The notes beneath the pieces were generated by a model. That model saw only the letters and a program-made list of their open reading frames with translations, made no database searches and was not told the DNA's origin. Position numbers and translations under genes: made by a program. A stretch of DNA of 64,000 nt from Nostoc sp. DedSLP01. Its GTDB lineage: Bacteria > Cyanobacteriota > Cyanobacteriia > Cyanobacteriales > Nostocaceae. Shown piece after piece: positions 54,006 to 63,290 of the stretch (position 1 is its first letter; each line of letters begins with the position of its first letter). Location: contig JAVRCJ020000017.1 in the NCBI GenBank assembly GCA_034530875.2, forward strand, positions 96,001 to 160,000, written 5' to 3'.

Positions 54006-54447
54006 GCTTTTTATGGTGCTTGGCAATTGTATGAAGTACAGACAATCAGATATTACTACATTGATATTATCAAGCAATTAATACTAATTTGAAAAAAGAA
54101 TCAGATAGATTGGGTAGGGGTGCAAGGCTTTGTGTCCCTACAGCTTTTTGATGTGTTGCAAAGATTTTTTAAATTTGCACAAATAAAAAAATTTGAGATT
54201 TTGCATAAAAGAAAAATATATTACTGATTAATAGCTATAGCAGAAAACAAGCAACGGCTTAAAACCCTTCTGATAAAAGGGTTTGACGGACAGTTTGTAT
54301 TATCAAGTAGCTGATAAATGCTATATCAGCTAAAAACTATCAGTTTTATAGTTGATAGACAAAATCTAGTAGTTTAATACTTCTTTTGAAAATGAACTAT
54401 TAGTAACTCATTATTCTCTTAAACATTAAGAATTCGGAGTATTGATA

Positions 54448-56025
54448 ATGGCAATCAATTGGATTCCCGGTCTAGGACCCACTAATGGAGCAGATAAAGG
54501 TATTGGTGATGACGCTGCTAATAGCCTCAATGGTCTTGCTGGAAATGACACTCTCGAAGGCGGTGCTGGAAATGACACCCTTTATGGGGGAAATGGTAAT
54601 GATTTGATACGAGGTGGTGATGGTATCGACTATTTATATGGCGAAAATGGCAACGATACCCTAGTAGGCGATCGCGGTAACGACATCTTCAGTGGTGGAA
54701 ACGGCGACGACCGATTGATTTGGAACAACGGTGACGGTAGCGACAGAATCAGCGGTAATTCTGGCTATGACGTTGTTGAAGTCAACGGTGCGGCAGCGGC
54801 TGGCGACAGCTTCCGCCTGCAAAAGGATGCCTCCGGAAAAGCAATTTTTGACCGTCTCAACCTCGTTCCATTTACCCTGACCGTAGACAGTGCCGAGAGA
54901 TTTGAAATCAATGGTGGCGGTGGTGATGACACCATCGATGTCAACGACCTCACAGGCACAGGAGTCAGCGCAGTCTGGTTGACTGGCGGTGCTGGTAATG
55001 ACTTGCTTGATGGTAGTGGCACAGCTACACCCTTAACAAGCTCTGGTGGTGAGGGAAATGACACCGTAATTGGTGGCACTGGAAGCGACAGCCTTTATGG
55101 TGATGCTGGTAATGACCTGCTACAAGGTGGCGATGGTATCGATTATTTATCTGGTGGCAACGGTAACGATACCGTAGTTGGCAATCGCGGTAACGACATC
55201 TTCAGCGGTGGAAACGGCGACGACCGATTGATTTGGAACAACGGTGACGGTAGCGATAGAATCAGCGGCAATTCTGGCTATGACGTCGTTGAAGTTAATG
55301 GCGCGGGGGCGGCTGGTGACAGTTTCCGCCTGCAAAAGGATGCCTCTGGTAAAGCAATCTTTGACCGCCTCAACCTTGTTCCGTTCACTCTGACTGTAGA
55401 CAGTGCTGAGAAATTTGAAATTAATGGTGGCGGTGGTGATGACATCATTGATGTCAATGACCTCACAGGAACCGGAGTCAGTGCAGTACGACTGACTGGC
55501 GGTGCTGGCAACGACTTGCTTGATGGTAGTGGCACATGGACACCATTAACTGCTTTTGGTGATGAGGGGAATGACACTCTCTACGGTGGAAGAGGTGATG
55601 ATAGCCTCTATGGTGGAGCTGGAAATGACCTGTTAACAGGTGGTAAAGGTAATGACATCTTGACAGGCGGTGGTGGTAGCGATCGCTTTTTGTTCAACTC
55701 AGGCGCTGCCTACAAGAGTGCTGATTTGGGTGTAGATTATATCACCGACTTTACCCGCGGTCAGGACAAAATTGTGTTGGATAAGACAACTTTCGTCGGA
55801 CTCAACAATTGGTCTGGGATTGCGATCGTAGCTAATGATGCAGCAGCAGCCACTAGCAATGGACTAGTTATTTACAGTCTAGGAACTGGTAACTTGTTCT
55901 ACAACCAAAACTTAGCATCGACAGGCTTTGGTTCGGGTGGTCTGTTTGCCAACATTGATAACGATAACAAGTCATGGACAGCAGCACCAGCATTGACAAC
56001 TAGCGACTTTGAGATAGTTGCGTAA
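54448..56025 (+). CDS. RTX/hemolysin-type calcium-binding protein with 513-bp internal duplication
   Basis: Many GGxGxDxL nonapeptides; C-terminal DYITDF..GQDKIVL; units 54568-55080 and 55081-55593. Confidence 0.9.
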   Translation: MAINWIPGLGPTNGADKGIGDDAANSLNGLAGNDTLEGGAGNDTLYGGNGNDLIRGGDGIDYLYGENGNDTLVGDRGNDIFSGGNGDDRLIWNNGDGSDRISGNSGYDVVEVNGAAAAGDSFRLQKDASGKAIFDRLNLVPFTLTVDSAERFEINGGGGDDTIDVNDLTGTGVSAVWLTGGAGNDLLDGSGTATPLTSSGGEGNDTVIGGTGSDSLYGDAGNDLLQGGDGIDYLSGGNGNDTVVGNRGNDIFSGGNGDDRLIWNNGDGSDRISGNSGYDVVEVNGAGAAGDSFRLQKDASGKAIFDRLNLVPFTLTVDSAEKFEINGGGGDDIIDVNDLTGTGVSAVRLTGGAGNDLLDGSGTWTPLTAFGDEGNDTLYGGRGDDSLYGGAGNDLLTGGKGNDILTGGGGSDRFLFNSGAAYKSADLGVDYITDFTRGQDKIVLDKTTFVGLNNWSGIAIVANDAAAATSNGLVIYSLGTGNLFYNQNLASTGFGSGGLFANIDNDNKSWTAAPALTTSDFEIVA

Positions 56026-56056
56026 TACTACCCAAAACATCGTATAAGTAGTTATT

Positions 56057-56095
56057 TTAAATCCTCCTCCTAGTTGAAATACGAGGAGGATTTAA
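56057..56095. terminator. Hairpin/terminator after the RTX gene
   Basis: TTAAATCCTCCTC ... GAGGAGGATTTAA. Confidence 0.65.
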
Positions 56096-56292
56096 TCTAT
56101 TTACTTGAATTAAGAATTATTGTCTTATAAGAATTGAAGATTCAAATCATAGTACACAACAGGCTTGATGTCAGGATTTTAGATAGGTTGATGTCCTAAA
56201 CTATAGACTTTCACTTCTAAAAAAATCTACATCAGGTACAAAGCTTACTGTATTATTTTTGTATTCAAAAAAGATTGTGAAGAGGAGTTTGT

Positions 56293-56796
56293 ATGAAATT
56301 GAAGTCAGCTTGCGTATGTATTGGTTTAGGTCTTCTGAGTTTTTCAGTAAGTTCATTGCCACGTTTAGGAAATCCCGCACAAGTTCTTGCTCAAGAAGTT
56401 AGCGCTTCATGCCCTCTACCAGCTGATATTGCCATTACCTTCTTCAATTCAGAATGTAAAGAAGTCAAACTAGAGCAACCCCAAACTTTTTATCGTTACT
56501 ATAGTAACAGTAGCAACAAATATGGTAGATATTTAACAACTAACCAATATAAAACTAACGTAGAAGTAATCAAGAATCTAGCTCTCAATCAACAATGGGG
56601 CAACCAAGCCACTTTAAAGCTAACAGTAACTTTGCCAGCAGGAACAGTAACTTATCAAGGCATTGTAGCCCCTCAAACTCCTAAAGAATGCTATCCAGGT
56701 GGTGGTCAACAGACATTCATTAAAGATTCAAAAGATCCAAATATCAAGTGGTCTGAGGGAGAAAATATTGTTGTAGAAAATTTTAGCTGTCCGTAA
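56293..56796 (+). CDS. Signal-peptide protein with Tse6/TNT-like NAD(P)+ glycohydrolase toxin domain (putative)
   Basis: Sec-type signal (..AQVLA|QE); FYRYY...GRYLT...LALNQQWGNQA...LPAGT..YQGIVAPQ...PGGGQQ motif series. Confidence 0.65.
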   Translation: MKLKSACVCIGLGLLSFSVSSLPRLGNPAQVLAQEVSASCPLPADIAITFFNSECKEVKLEQPQTFYRYYSNSSNKYGRYLTTNQYKTNVEVIKNLALNQQWGNQATLKLTVTLPAGTVTYQGIVAPQTPKECYPGGGQQTFIKDSKDPNIKWSEGENIVVENFSCP

Positions 56797-56801
56797 AATT
56801 T

Positions 56802-57086
56802 ATGGAAACGAAAACACAAGAATTTATCAAACTGATTGACCGAGCTTCTGAAATCACTGAACAGATGCTCAAAGACAAACAAGCTGAGTTTTCTCCACGT
56901 TTAAATAACGTGATAGCTGCTTTACAATCTATTAAGAATAAAGCGCTCAATGGTCAACTCGAACCATCAGGAGGAAACTCGACTCTTGGTCTGGCTAGTC
57001 AAGTGGCGGATTGGATTGAACCGTTAGATTCGCCATTATTAAAAGCCGTAGGTGGGATAGAGGAGTATTACCAAAAACACCTCTAA
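56802..57086 (+). CDS. Tsi6-like helical immunity protein (putative)
   Basis: 94 aa, no signal, 5 bp after the toxin-like gene; IDRA...LQSIK...TLG...D.PLLKA pattern. Confidence 0.55.
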   Translation: METKTQEFIKLIDRASEITEQMLKDKQAEFSPRLNNVIAALQSIKNKALNGQLEPSGGNSTLGLASQVADWIEPLDSPLLKAVGGIEEYYQKHL

Positions 57087-57275
57087 ATTAACTATCTAGC
57101 CTACTTACTGGAACATTACTATTACGAAAACAGTGCTGAGTATTAAGTCAGAATTTTGATTTGGAACTCAGCAATGTTTTTCTAAAAGTAATTATCTAAG
57201 AGAGAAAATAGAAGATGCAGCAATTTAGTTATGCTCGAGTTTTTTTCAAATGATATTTAGCTTGTCAGCATGAAC

Positions 57276-58646
57276 TTAAATTTTTCTTTTTTCAACTTCC
57301 AACTTCACACCCCGAATCGAATAATCCAATAACTCCATTGGATGAATAACTGAAATATTCTTACCCTGCAATTGCAAATGCTTAGTAATTTGCAAAGTAC
57401 AACCTGGATTAGGAGAAGCAATTAAATCGGCACCAGTGTTTAATAAATTTTGTACTTTTTGTTGACCTAATTCTTCAGAAATCTCTGGTTGCAACATATT
57501 ATAAACTCCGGCGCTGCCACAACATAAAGCCGCATCTAGTGGTTCTTTCAACTTCACCCCTGGAATTTGCCGCAATAATTGACGCGGTTGCACGCTAATC
57601 TTTTGTCCGTGCAATAAATGGCAAGCATCTTGATAAACTAAATTCAAAGTTTTATCGGTCAATGGTGATAGTTTCGCTGTTAATCCAATAGTTGCTAAAA
57701 ATTCTTGAGCATCTCTAACTTTAGCTGCAAAGTCCTTTGCTTTTTCCCGATATTCTGGGTCATCTTCTAATATATGCCCATACTCTTTTAAAGTATGACC
57801 GCAACCAGCAGCATTAATAATTACAAAATCTACATCGCTCTTAGCAAAACTATCAATCATCTGTCTTGCTAAAGCCTTCGCCTGTTCTGTTTGTCCTTGG
57901 TGTTCGGGAAGTGCCGCGCAACAACCTTGAGATTTAGGAATTACAACTTCACAACCATTCGCTGTTAAAACTCGCACCGTCGCTTCATTTACTGGAGAGA
58001 AAAACAATCGCTGCACGCATCCTAAAATTACTCCGACGCGGTAACGCTTTTCACCTTTAGCAGGAATCACACTAGGAAAATTATCTTGAAAAGATTTAAG
58101 AGTAATTTCTGGCAGAATAGATTCCATTGCTGCCAAACGAGGAGAGATTTTATTAAGTAAACCTGTAGCGCGAACTAACTTCCTAAAACCTAACTTTTGA
58201 TAAACAAACAGGGGAATTAATAAACCACGTAAAAGTTGAGGATAAGGAAACAAAGAAAATATCAACTGACGAAATAATTTATCTGGTAAACTGCGAGGAT
58301 AATTGCGTTCGACTTGGTGACGAGTTGCAGAAATTAACTTGTCGTACTGTACGCCAGAAGGACAAGTAGTTACACAAGCAAGACAGCCTAAACAAGAATC
58401 AAAATGTTCTACTGTTGCGTTATTAAGAGGAATTTTCTCTTCATTGATTGCATCCATTAAATAGATACGTCCTCTCGGAGAATCCATCTCTTTACCCAGC
58501 ACCCTATAACTCGGACACGTCGAGAGACAAAATCCACAATGGACGCAACTATCAATTAATTTTGGCTCAGGCGGATGATTAATATCAAATCCCTGCAAAT
58601 TTTTTAAACTAGCAGTTTTATTAACAGAATTTTCTTCAACTTGCAT
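57276..58646 (-). CDS. glcF: Glycolate oxidase iron-sulfur subunit
   Basis: CVHCGFCLSTCP, SPRGRI, CLGCLACVTTCP, two CCG domains. Confidence 0.92.
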   Translation of the reverse strand: MQVEENSVNKTASLKNLQGFDINHPPEPKLIDSCVHCGFCLSTCPSYRVLGKEMDSPRGRIYLMDAINEEKIPLNNATVEHFDSCLGCLACVTTCPSGVQYDKLISATRHQVERNYPRSLPDKLFRQLIFSLFPYPQLLRGLLIPLFVYQKLGFRKLVRATGLLNKISPRLAAMESILPEITLKSFQDNFPSVIPAKGEKRYRVGVILGCVQRLFFSPVNEATVRVLTANGCEVVIPKSQGCCAALPEHQGQTEQAKALARQMIDSFAKSDVDFVIINAAGCGHTLKEYGHILEDDPEYREKAKDFAAKVRDAQEFLATIGLTAKLSPLTDKTLNLVYQDACHLLHGQKISVQPRQLLRQIPGVKLKEPLDAALCCGSAGVYNMLQPEISEELGQQKVQNLLNTGADLIASPNPGCTLQITKHLQLQGKNISVIHPMELLDYSIRGVKLEVEKRKI

Positions 58647-58699
58647 AATTATTTTTTCTCCCCTCTTGCTTGGCCTTTTTGTGGTTAGTTTGCTTGCAA

Positions 58700-60037
58700 T
58701 TAAATTCCACCTACAAACCGACCAGGACTTAAAATATTTTTACTATCAAACTGTTCTTTAATGCGGCGCATCAGCGGCAAAGCATTACCGATATAACCCC
58801 AAATATCTATTTGTTCTTTAACTGCTACTGGGGCTTCCAGAATTGTTAAAAAACCGCTAGAAGCTTGAGTGCGATTGCCTCCAACAGAGCTTAGCCTATC
58901 GCGCATTTGCAAAACTTGGTTTTTACCGTTTAATTGTAACAAACCCAAGCCACTATTATTATGAATTAAACCAAACTCCACCTGAGACAAAATTTCCACA
59001 GCAGCAGTAGGTAATACTCCTATTTTGCAGGTAATTACAGATTCTTTAATGGGAGAATGTATTTGCTCTTGCAATCTTGACCATAGATGAACTTCATCAT
59101 CCTCAAGATAAATTGCTCCATCTAGACCCAACTTTTCTCCTAGTTCCAAAACTCTGTTTGACTGTTCTCTAACACTCTCACTAATACTTTGAAAGCGAGC
59201 AATTAATCCCAGTCCTTCACCTAAACCTAAGCTAGATACCAATTTAGTTGAAAGTAAATCAGCCTGGACTGGTGTTAACCCCGAACCCCTCAGAGTATTA
59301 GCCGCTTGGGATACAGCCTCAGCTTTACCAGTTAGTACTACTGTTGTTGATGCCTCTTGTAACGGGTACAGTCGAAAAGTTACTTGACTAATAACTCCTA
59401 ATGTGCCGTAAGACCCAGTAAACAACTTCATCAAATCGTATCCGGCAACATTTTTGACTACTCTTCCCCCAGCTTTGGCGATTTGTCCGTCAGCACGCAC
59501 AAAAGTAATGCCTAGTAATTGGTCGCGCACGCTACCATAGCGTTGTCGCAGAGAACCTGTATCGCCAGTAGCGACAATACCACCAATAGTTGCTGACTGT
59601 GGCGCTGTTGGGTCAAGGGCGAGAAATTGCCGTGAGTTTGCCAAAAGTGCTTGCAGAAGAGAAAATTTCATCCCAGCTTCTACTGTGACAGTCAAATCGC
59701 CAACGGCGTGTTGAATCAGTTGGTTGATGCGTTCTGTGCTGACTACGACATCAACGCCTTTGGCTAAACCACCCCAAGAGAGTTTGCTACCGCCACCGCA
59801 CGGAAGAACGCGCCAGTTATTTGTGTAAGCTTTGGCGAGAACTGCGGCTAGCTGTTCTTGGGTGCGGGGATAGACAATACAACTGGGGAGGTTTCCAGGA
59901 GCTATAGCCTGTTGAATACGTTTTTGCTGGTTTAGTTCGACATTTTCCCAAAAGCAAACAGCATTTTCTTCACCGACAATAGATGCAAGTTCAGAAGCGC
60001 AGACGCCTTGCGGCTTGTCGTTAGACATCGCTTTCAT
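58700..60037 (-). CDS. glcE: Glycolate oxidase FAD-binding subunit
   Basis: ATIGG, GGRVVKNVAGYDL.KL..GS.GTLG, IKEQFDSKNILSPG; the real start is probably MKA at 60037, since the upstream extension is STRR/repeat DNA. Confidence 0.88.
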   Translation of the reverse strand: MKAMSNDKPQGVCASELASIVGEENAVCFWENVELNQQKRIQQAIAPGNLPSCIVYPRTQEQLAAVLAKAYTNNWRVLPCGGGSKLSWGGLAKGVDVVVSTERINQLIQHAVGDLTVTVEAGMKFSLLQALLANSRQFLALDPTAPQSATIGGIVATGDTGSLRQRYGSVRDQLLGITFVRADGQIAKAGGRVVKNVAGYDLMKLFTGSYGTLGVISQVTFRLYPLQEASTTVVLTGKAEAVSQAANTLRGSGLTPVQADLLSTKLVSSLGLGEGLGLIARFQSISESVREQSNRVLELGEKLGLDGAIYLEDDEVHLWSRLQEQIHSPIKESVITCKIGVLPTAAVEILSQVEFGLIHNNSGLGLLQLNGKNQVLQMRDRLSSVGGNRTQASSGFLTILEAPVAVKEQIDIWGYIGNALPLMRRIKEQFDSKNILSPGRFVGGI

Positions 60038-60446
60038 TAAGTTTATTTTTTTACGCCCTACATCTAATTTACTGGCTAATCTGACTAAAAAAGCACATTG
60101 GTAATGTTTGGGAGTAGGGAGTAGGGAGTAGGGAAATAGGGAAGAGGAGTTGCAGTAGCCTTTTACCTTTGGCATATATTTAGACTTCTTGCAGAAGTGG
60201 GGGAAAGGGGAAAGAGATAAGAAAAAACCCTTTCTTTTTTGTCCCCTCTTGTAAAAAGAGTTTTGCACTCTTACTCCATGAGTTGCCCTCACAAGGAACA
60301 ATGAAAATTTCTTTTCCCTATTCCCCATGCCCCTAATCCCCACTTCGTGGGGCCCCGAGTTCCCCATTTCCTACTCCCTATTTTCAAGGCAGATGAATAG
60401 AGGTTACCCTTCTGCTACAAATCAATGGAGGTATAAACTTGATTAA

Positions 60447-61013
60447 TTAGTTGGCATGAACCAATTCTTGAGGGGCTTGTGCATCATACTCTACAGCTTT
60501 GACAAATTCCTTAATCACGTCTTTGAGTCTTTGATCGATTTCCTCATCTAAGACGACACTATTATCAGCTTGTCGTTGAACTTGTTTATCTACTGCATAA
60601 ACAGTAGCTAAAATATGCCGCGCTCCTAGTTCAGATAATACAGGTTTGAGGGCATATTCTATTGCTAATAAATGAGCGATTGTGCCACCTAGAGCTATTG
60701 GTAATACAGGTTTACCTGTTAATGATTTTTGCGGTAGCAAATCTAAAAATGTTTTGAGTACTCCTGTGTAAGCAGCTTTGTAAATTGGGGTGGCAATAAT
60801 CACACCATCTGCTTTACTAAGTAAAGCTTTTGGGGCTTCTAAAGCTGGGCTGTCATATCTTCCAAAAACTAAATCTTCAGCAGGTAAATCCCTAGCTGAA
60901 ATAATGTCTACATGCAAATCTGCTTGTTGTAAAATTTTAGCGGTGTATTCAACAACACCGTAAGTTCGAGAAGGATGGGTTGGACTACCAGCGATCGCTA
61001 AAACGTTTGCCAT
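60447..61013 (-). CDS. ssuE: NADPH-dependent FMN reductase
   Basis: AGSP..PSRT, ATPIYKAAYTGVLK, GGTIAHLLAIEYALKPVL. Confidence 0.92.
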   Translation of the reverse strand: MANVLAIAGSPTHPSRTYGVVEYTAKILQQADLHVDIISARDLPAEDLVFGRYDSPALEAPKALLSKADGVIIATPIYKAAYTGVLKTFLDLLPQKSLTGKPVLPIALGGTIAHLLAIEYALKPVLSELGARHILATVYAVDKQVQRQADNSVVLDEEIDQRLKDVIKEFVKAVEYDAQAPQELVHAN

Positions 61014-61154
61014 CTAATTAAACTCCTAATGTATTAATGGCCAGTGGAGACTAGGAAGCAGAGGAGCAAAGGGGCAAGAATGGTGCAACTTTTCACTCAT
61101 CTGTTCCTACTTCTGGCTTCAGGTCTTTCACAGCAAAATAATTAAGTTGTTCGA

Positions 61155-61234
61155 CATTTAAGTTGCATAATTAGGGCGGTTAAGATGTCCACCCCACAAG
61201 AGTTTCATTGAATTTGATTATGCAATTTAGATGT
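61155..61234. repeat. Dispersed MITE/REP-like element, copy 2
   Basis: Matches 48290-48360 at both ends. Confidence 0.8.
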
Positions 61235-61275
61235 CTGTCAGCTAACTAGATGCTGCTTTGCTGTCACGCGCCTTG

Positions 61276-61440
61276 AGAGGATATTTGAGAAATCTTTTTG
61301 TGGATAGCAAAACAATCTATATCCCCTTAAATCTCCCCTAAAAAGGGAGACTTTGATTCTGGTTCCACCCTTTATAACGGTGGTAAGTGAGGATATAAAA
61401 GTGACTAAAATTACAGGTAAAGACTTTTCAAACAACCTCT
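61276..61440. mobile_element. MITE-like element (~165 bp)
   Basis: AGAGGATATTTGAGAAATCT ... AGACTTTTCAAACAACCTCT imperfect TIRs. Confidence 0.6.
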
Positions 61441-61652
61441 GAGAAAATATTGATATAAACTGCCAAATGAAGTCAAGTAGATCGGATTCCCGTACAATAT
61501 TTTGTTGACAAAAATAATTTGTTAGTTCTTAGGTAATTTTAATCAGATTATCATGGCTAATTCAGAGCCATCGGCAATCCTAATAATTTAAGCAGGGAAT
61601 ACCGTACTGGAGCGATCGCCCATGTTAACCAGAAATAGAAAATAATAGATGT

Positions 61653-62147
61653 ATGGACAAACGGTATTTTTTACAAGCTAGTGCGGTAATAGTCGGCACA
61701 GCATTGCTATCAAGGTATATCAATTGGGGGTCAGAAGACATGACAACTTCTAACGATAGATTTGAAATTGCCAAATCTGAGGAAGAGTGGCGTACTATTT
61801 TAACGCCAGAACAGTTTCGTGTATTGCGTAAACATGGCACCGAACCCGCTTACACCAGCCCATTGGACAAAAAATACGATCCAGGCACTTATTACTGTGC
61901 GGCGTGCGAACAACCATTGTTTAAATCTGATACCAAATTTAACAGCGGTACTGGCTGGCCTAGCTTTTTTAAACCTATTGATGGTGCGATCGCTACTACT
62001 GTAGACAAATCATTTTTCATGACCAGAACTGAAGTGCATTGTAGTCGCTGTGGCAGCCATCTGGGTCATGTGTTTGATGATGGCCCCGTACCTACAGGTC
62101 AGCGCTACTGCATGAACGGTGTTTCGCTGAAGTTCGTTCCTGCGTAA
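61653..62147 (+). CDS. msrB: Peptide-methionine (R)-S-oxide reductase with export-signal-like N-terminus
   Basis: LTPEQFRVLR, GTE, CAAC, SGTGWPSF, HLGHVFDDGP, RYCMN. Confidence 0.96.
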   Translation: MDKRYFLQASAVIVGTALLSRYINWGSEDMTTSNDRFEIAKSEEEWRTILTPEQFRVLRKHGTEPAYTSPLDKKYDPGTYYCAACEQPLFKSDTKFNSGTGWPSFFKPIDGAIATTVDKSFFMTRTEVHCSRCGSHLGHVFDDGPVPTGQRYCMNGVSLKFVPA

Positions 62148-62196
62148 TGAACAAGGGGAATAATAACTCCTTAGTTCTAAATCATTTATGAAAAGC

Positions 62197-62232
62197 AAGA
62201 TCCCCGACTTCTTTGAAGAAGTCGGGGATCTT
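62197..62232. terminator. Perfect 17-bp inverted repeat between convergent genes
   Basis: AAGATCCCCGACTTCTT-TG-AAGAAGTCGGGGATCTT. Confidence 0.75.
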
Positions 62233-62295
62233 TGACTTTTAATTTTATATATTCGTATATAAAATTACTGTTCCATGTGTAATTACACTAACCAT

Positions 62296-62895
62296 TTACA
62301 ACGTTGCCACAAGTTCCTTTAAGCGATCGCGTCCATCCCGGAAAACAGGCCAACCATCCCCCACTAGTACGGCTTCTACCTGACTTAGTTCTGCCAATCT
62401 CTGCACCGAAGCAACAGCTTGTTCTCGATTCAGTAGCTTGTCATCAGGTAATATTGTTAAACTACCTGCTTTACGCGCTCGGACTAAATCTCCTGTAATC
62501 AAAGTCGTCTCCTCCAGTAATAGAGCTAGTTCGCCTGGCGTTTTTGAGCCTTGGAGTTCAATCACCTTTAATCCCGGTACAAATTCCTCACCATCAGACA
62601 GCCAGCGATCGCAATGTATCGGAAAAGTATCTTTTTCCGCTATGGGGCCGGCTATCTTAGCATAAGTCTGATCGGCAATTTCTTTACTCGATCTGACATG
62701 TTCGGAATTCGTTAACACAATCCAAACCACACCACCAAGAGATTGCAAATGATTCCAATCATGGTTTGATAGAGCTACCGGGTCAATCAAGATATTACCT
62801 TCTGGGCGAATCCAGGCAATCCCATTGAAATCAATATTTCTTGCCGGGTTGAAACTAGACCAGCCATACAAATCGGGACGGTGCAAAGATTTCAT
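62296..62895 (-). CDS. MBL-fold protein
   Basis: ILIDP, LTNSEH.R, KTPGE, ITGD, LVGDG. Confidence 0.8.
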   Translation of the reverse strand: MKSLHRPDLYGWSSFNPARNIDFNGIAWIRPEGNILIDPVALSNHDWNHLQSLGGVVWIVLTNSEHVRSSKEIADQTYAKIAGPIAEKDTFPIHCDRWLSDGEEFVPGLKVIELQGSKTPGELALLLEETTLITGDLVRARKAGSLTILPDDKLLNREQAVASVQRLAELSQVEAVLVGDGWPVFRDGRDRLKELVATL

Positions 62896-62968
62896 GATGA
62901 TTCTGGATTATTACCTTCAATAATTGACTATTACTCTCAATAATTCAGTATATAGGGGACTGGGGAGA

Positions 62969-63075
62969 TGGAGAGGTGTGGGGGGTGTGGGAGGTGTGGG
63001 GGGTGTGGGAGGTGTGGGAGGTGTGGGAGGTGTGGGGGGTGTGGGAAGTGTGGGGGGTGTGGGAGGTGTGGGAAG
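62969..63075. repeat. 9-bp tandem repeat (GGAGGTGTG/GGGGGTGTG) with a partial complementary arm downstream
   Basis: About 11 adjacent units. Confidence 0.85.
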
Positions 63076-63290
63076 AAATCCTTTCCCCCCTCTCTCCCCA
63101 CACTCCTCACACTCCCCCATCTCCCCAATCACTAGTCACCACTCCCTAGTTCCCAATCCCCCACTCCTTCCTTTAGATTTGGAATTTGAGTATACTACGA
63201 TAAATCTATCGATATTATGGTTTTAATCGGGTTTACAGAAACTCTTGCATAACCTTAATGGAGAACGACACAGGCAAAGGAGTGAGTGAG

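Noticed and set aside
51834..55577. Antisense ORFs within the M23 peptidase and RTX genes
   Set aside because: Shadow frames of repetitive coding sequence.
60038..60367. 110-aa N-terminal extension of GlcE in the ORF track
   Set aside because: Made of STRR and dispersed-repeat sequence; the recognisable protein starts at MKA (60037).
62917..63226. ORFs with (GVG)n/(PTP)n/(PHL)n
   Set aside because: Translations of a 9-bp tandem repeat; no coding support.
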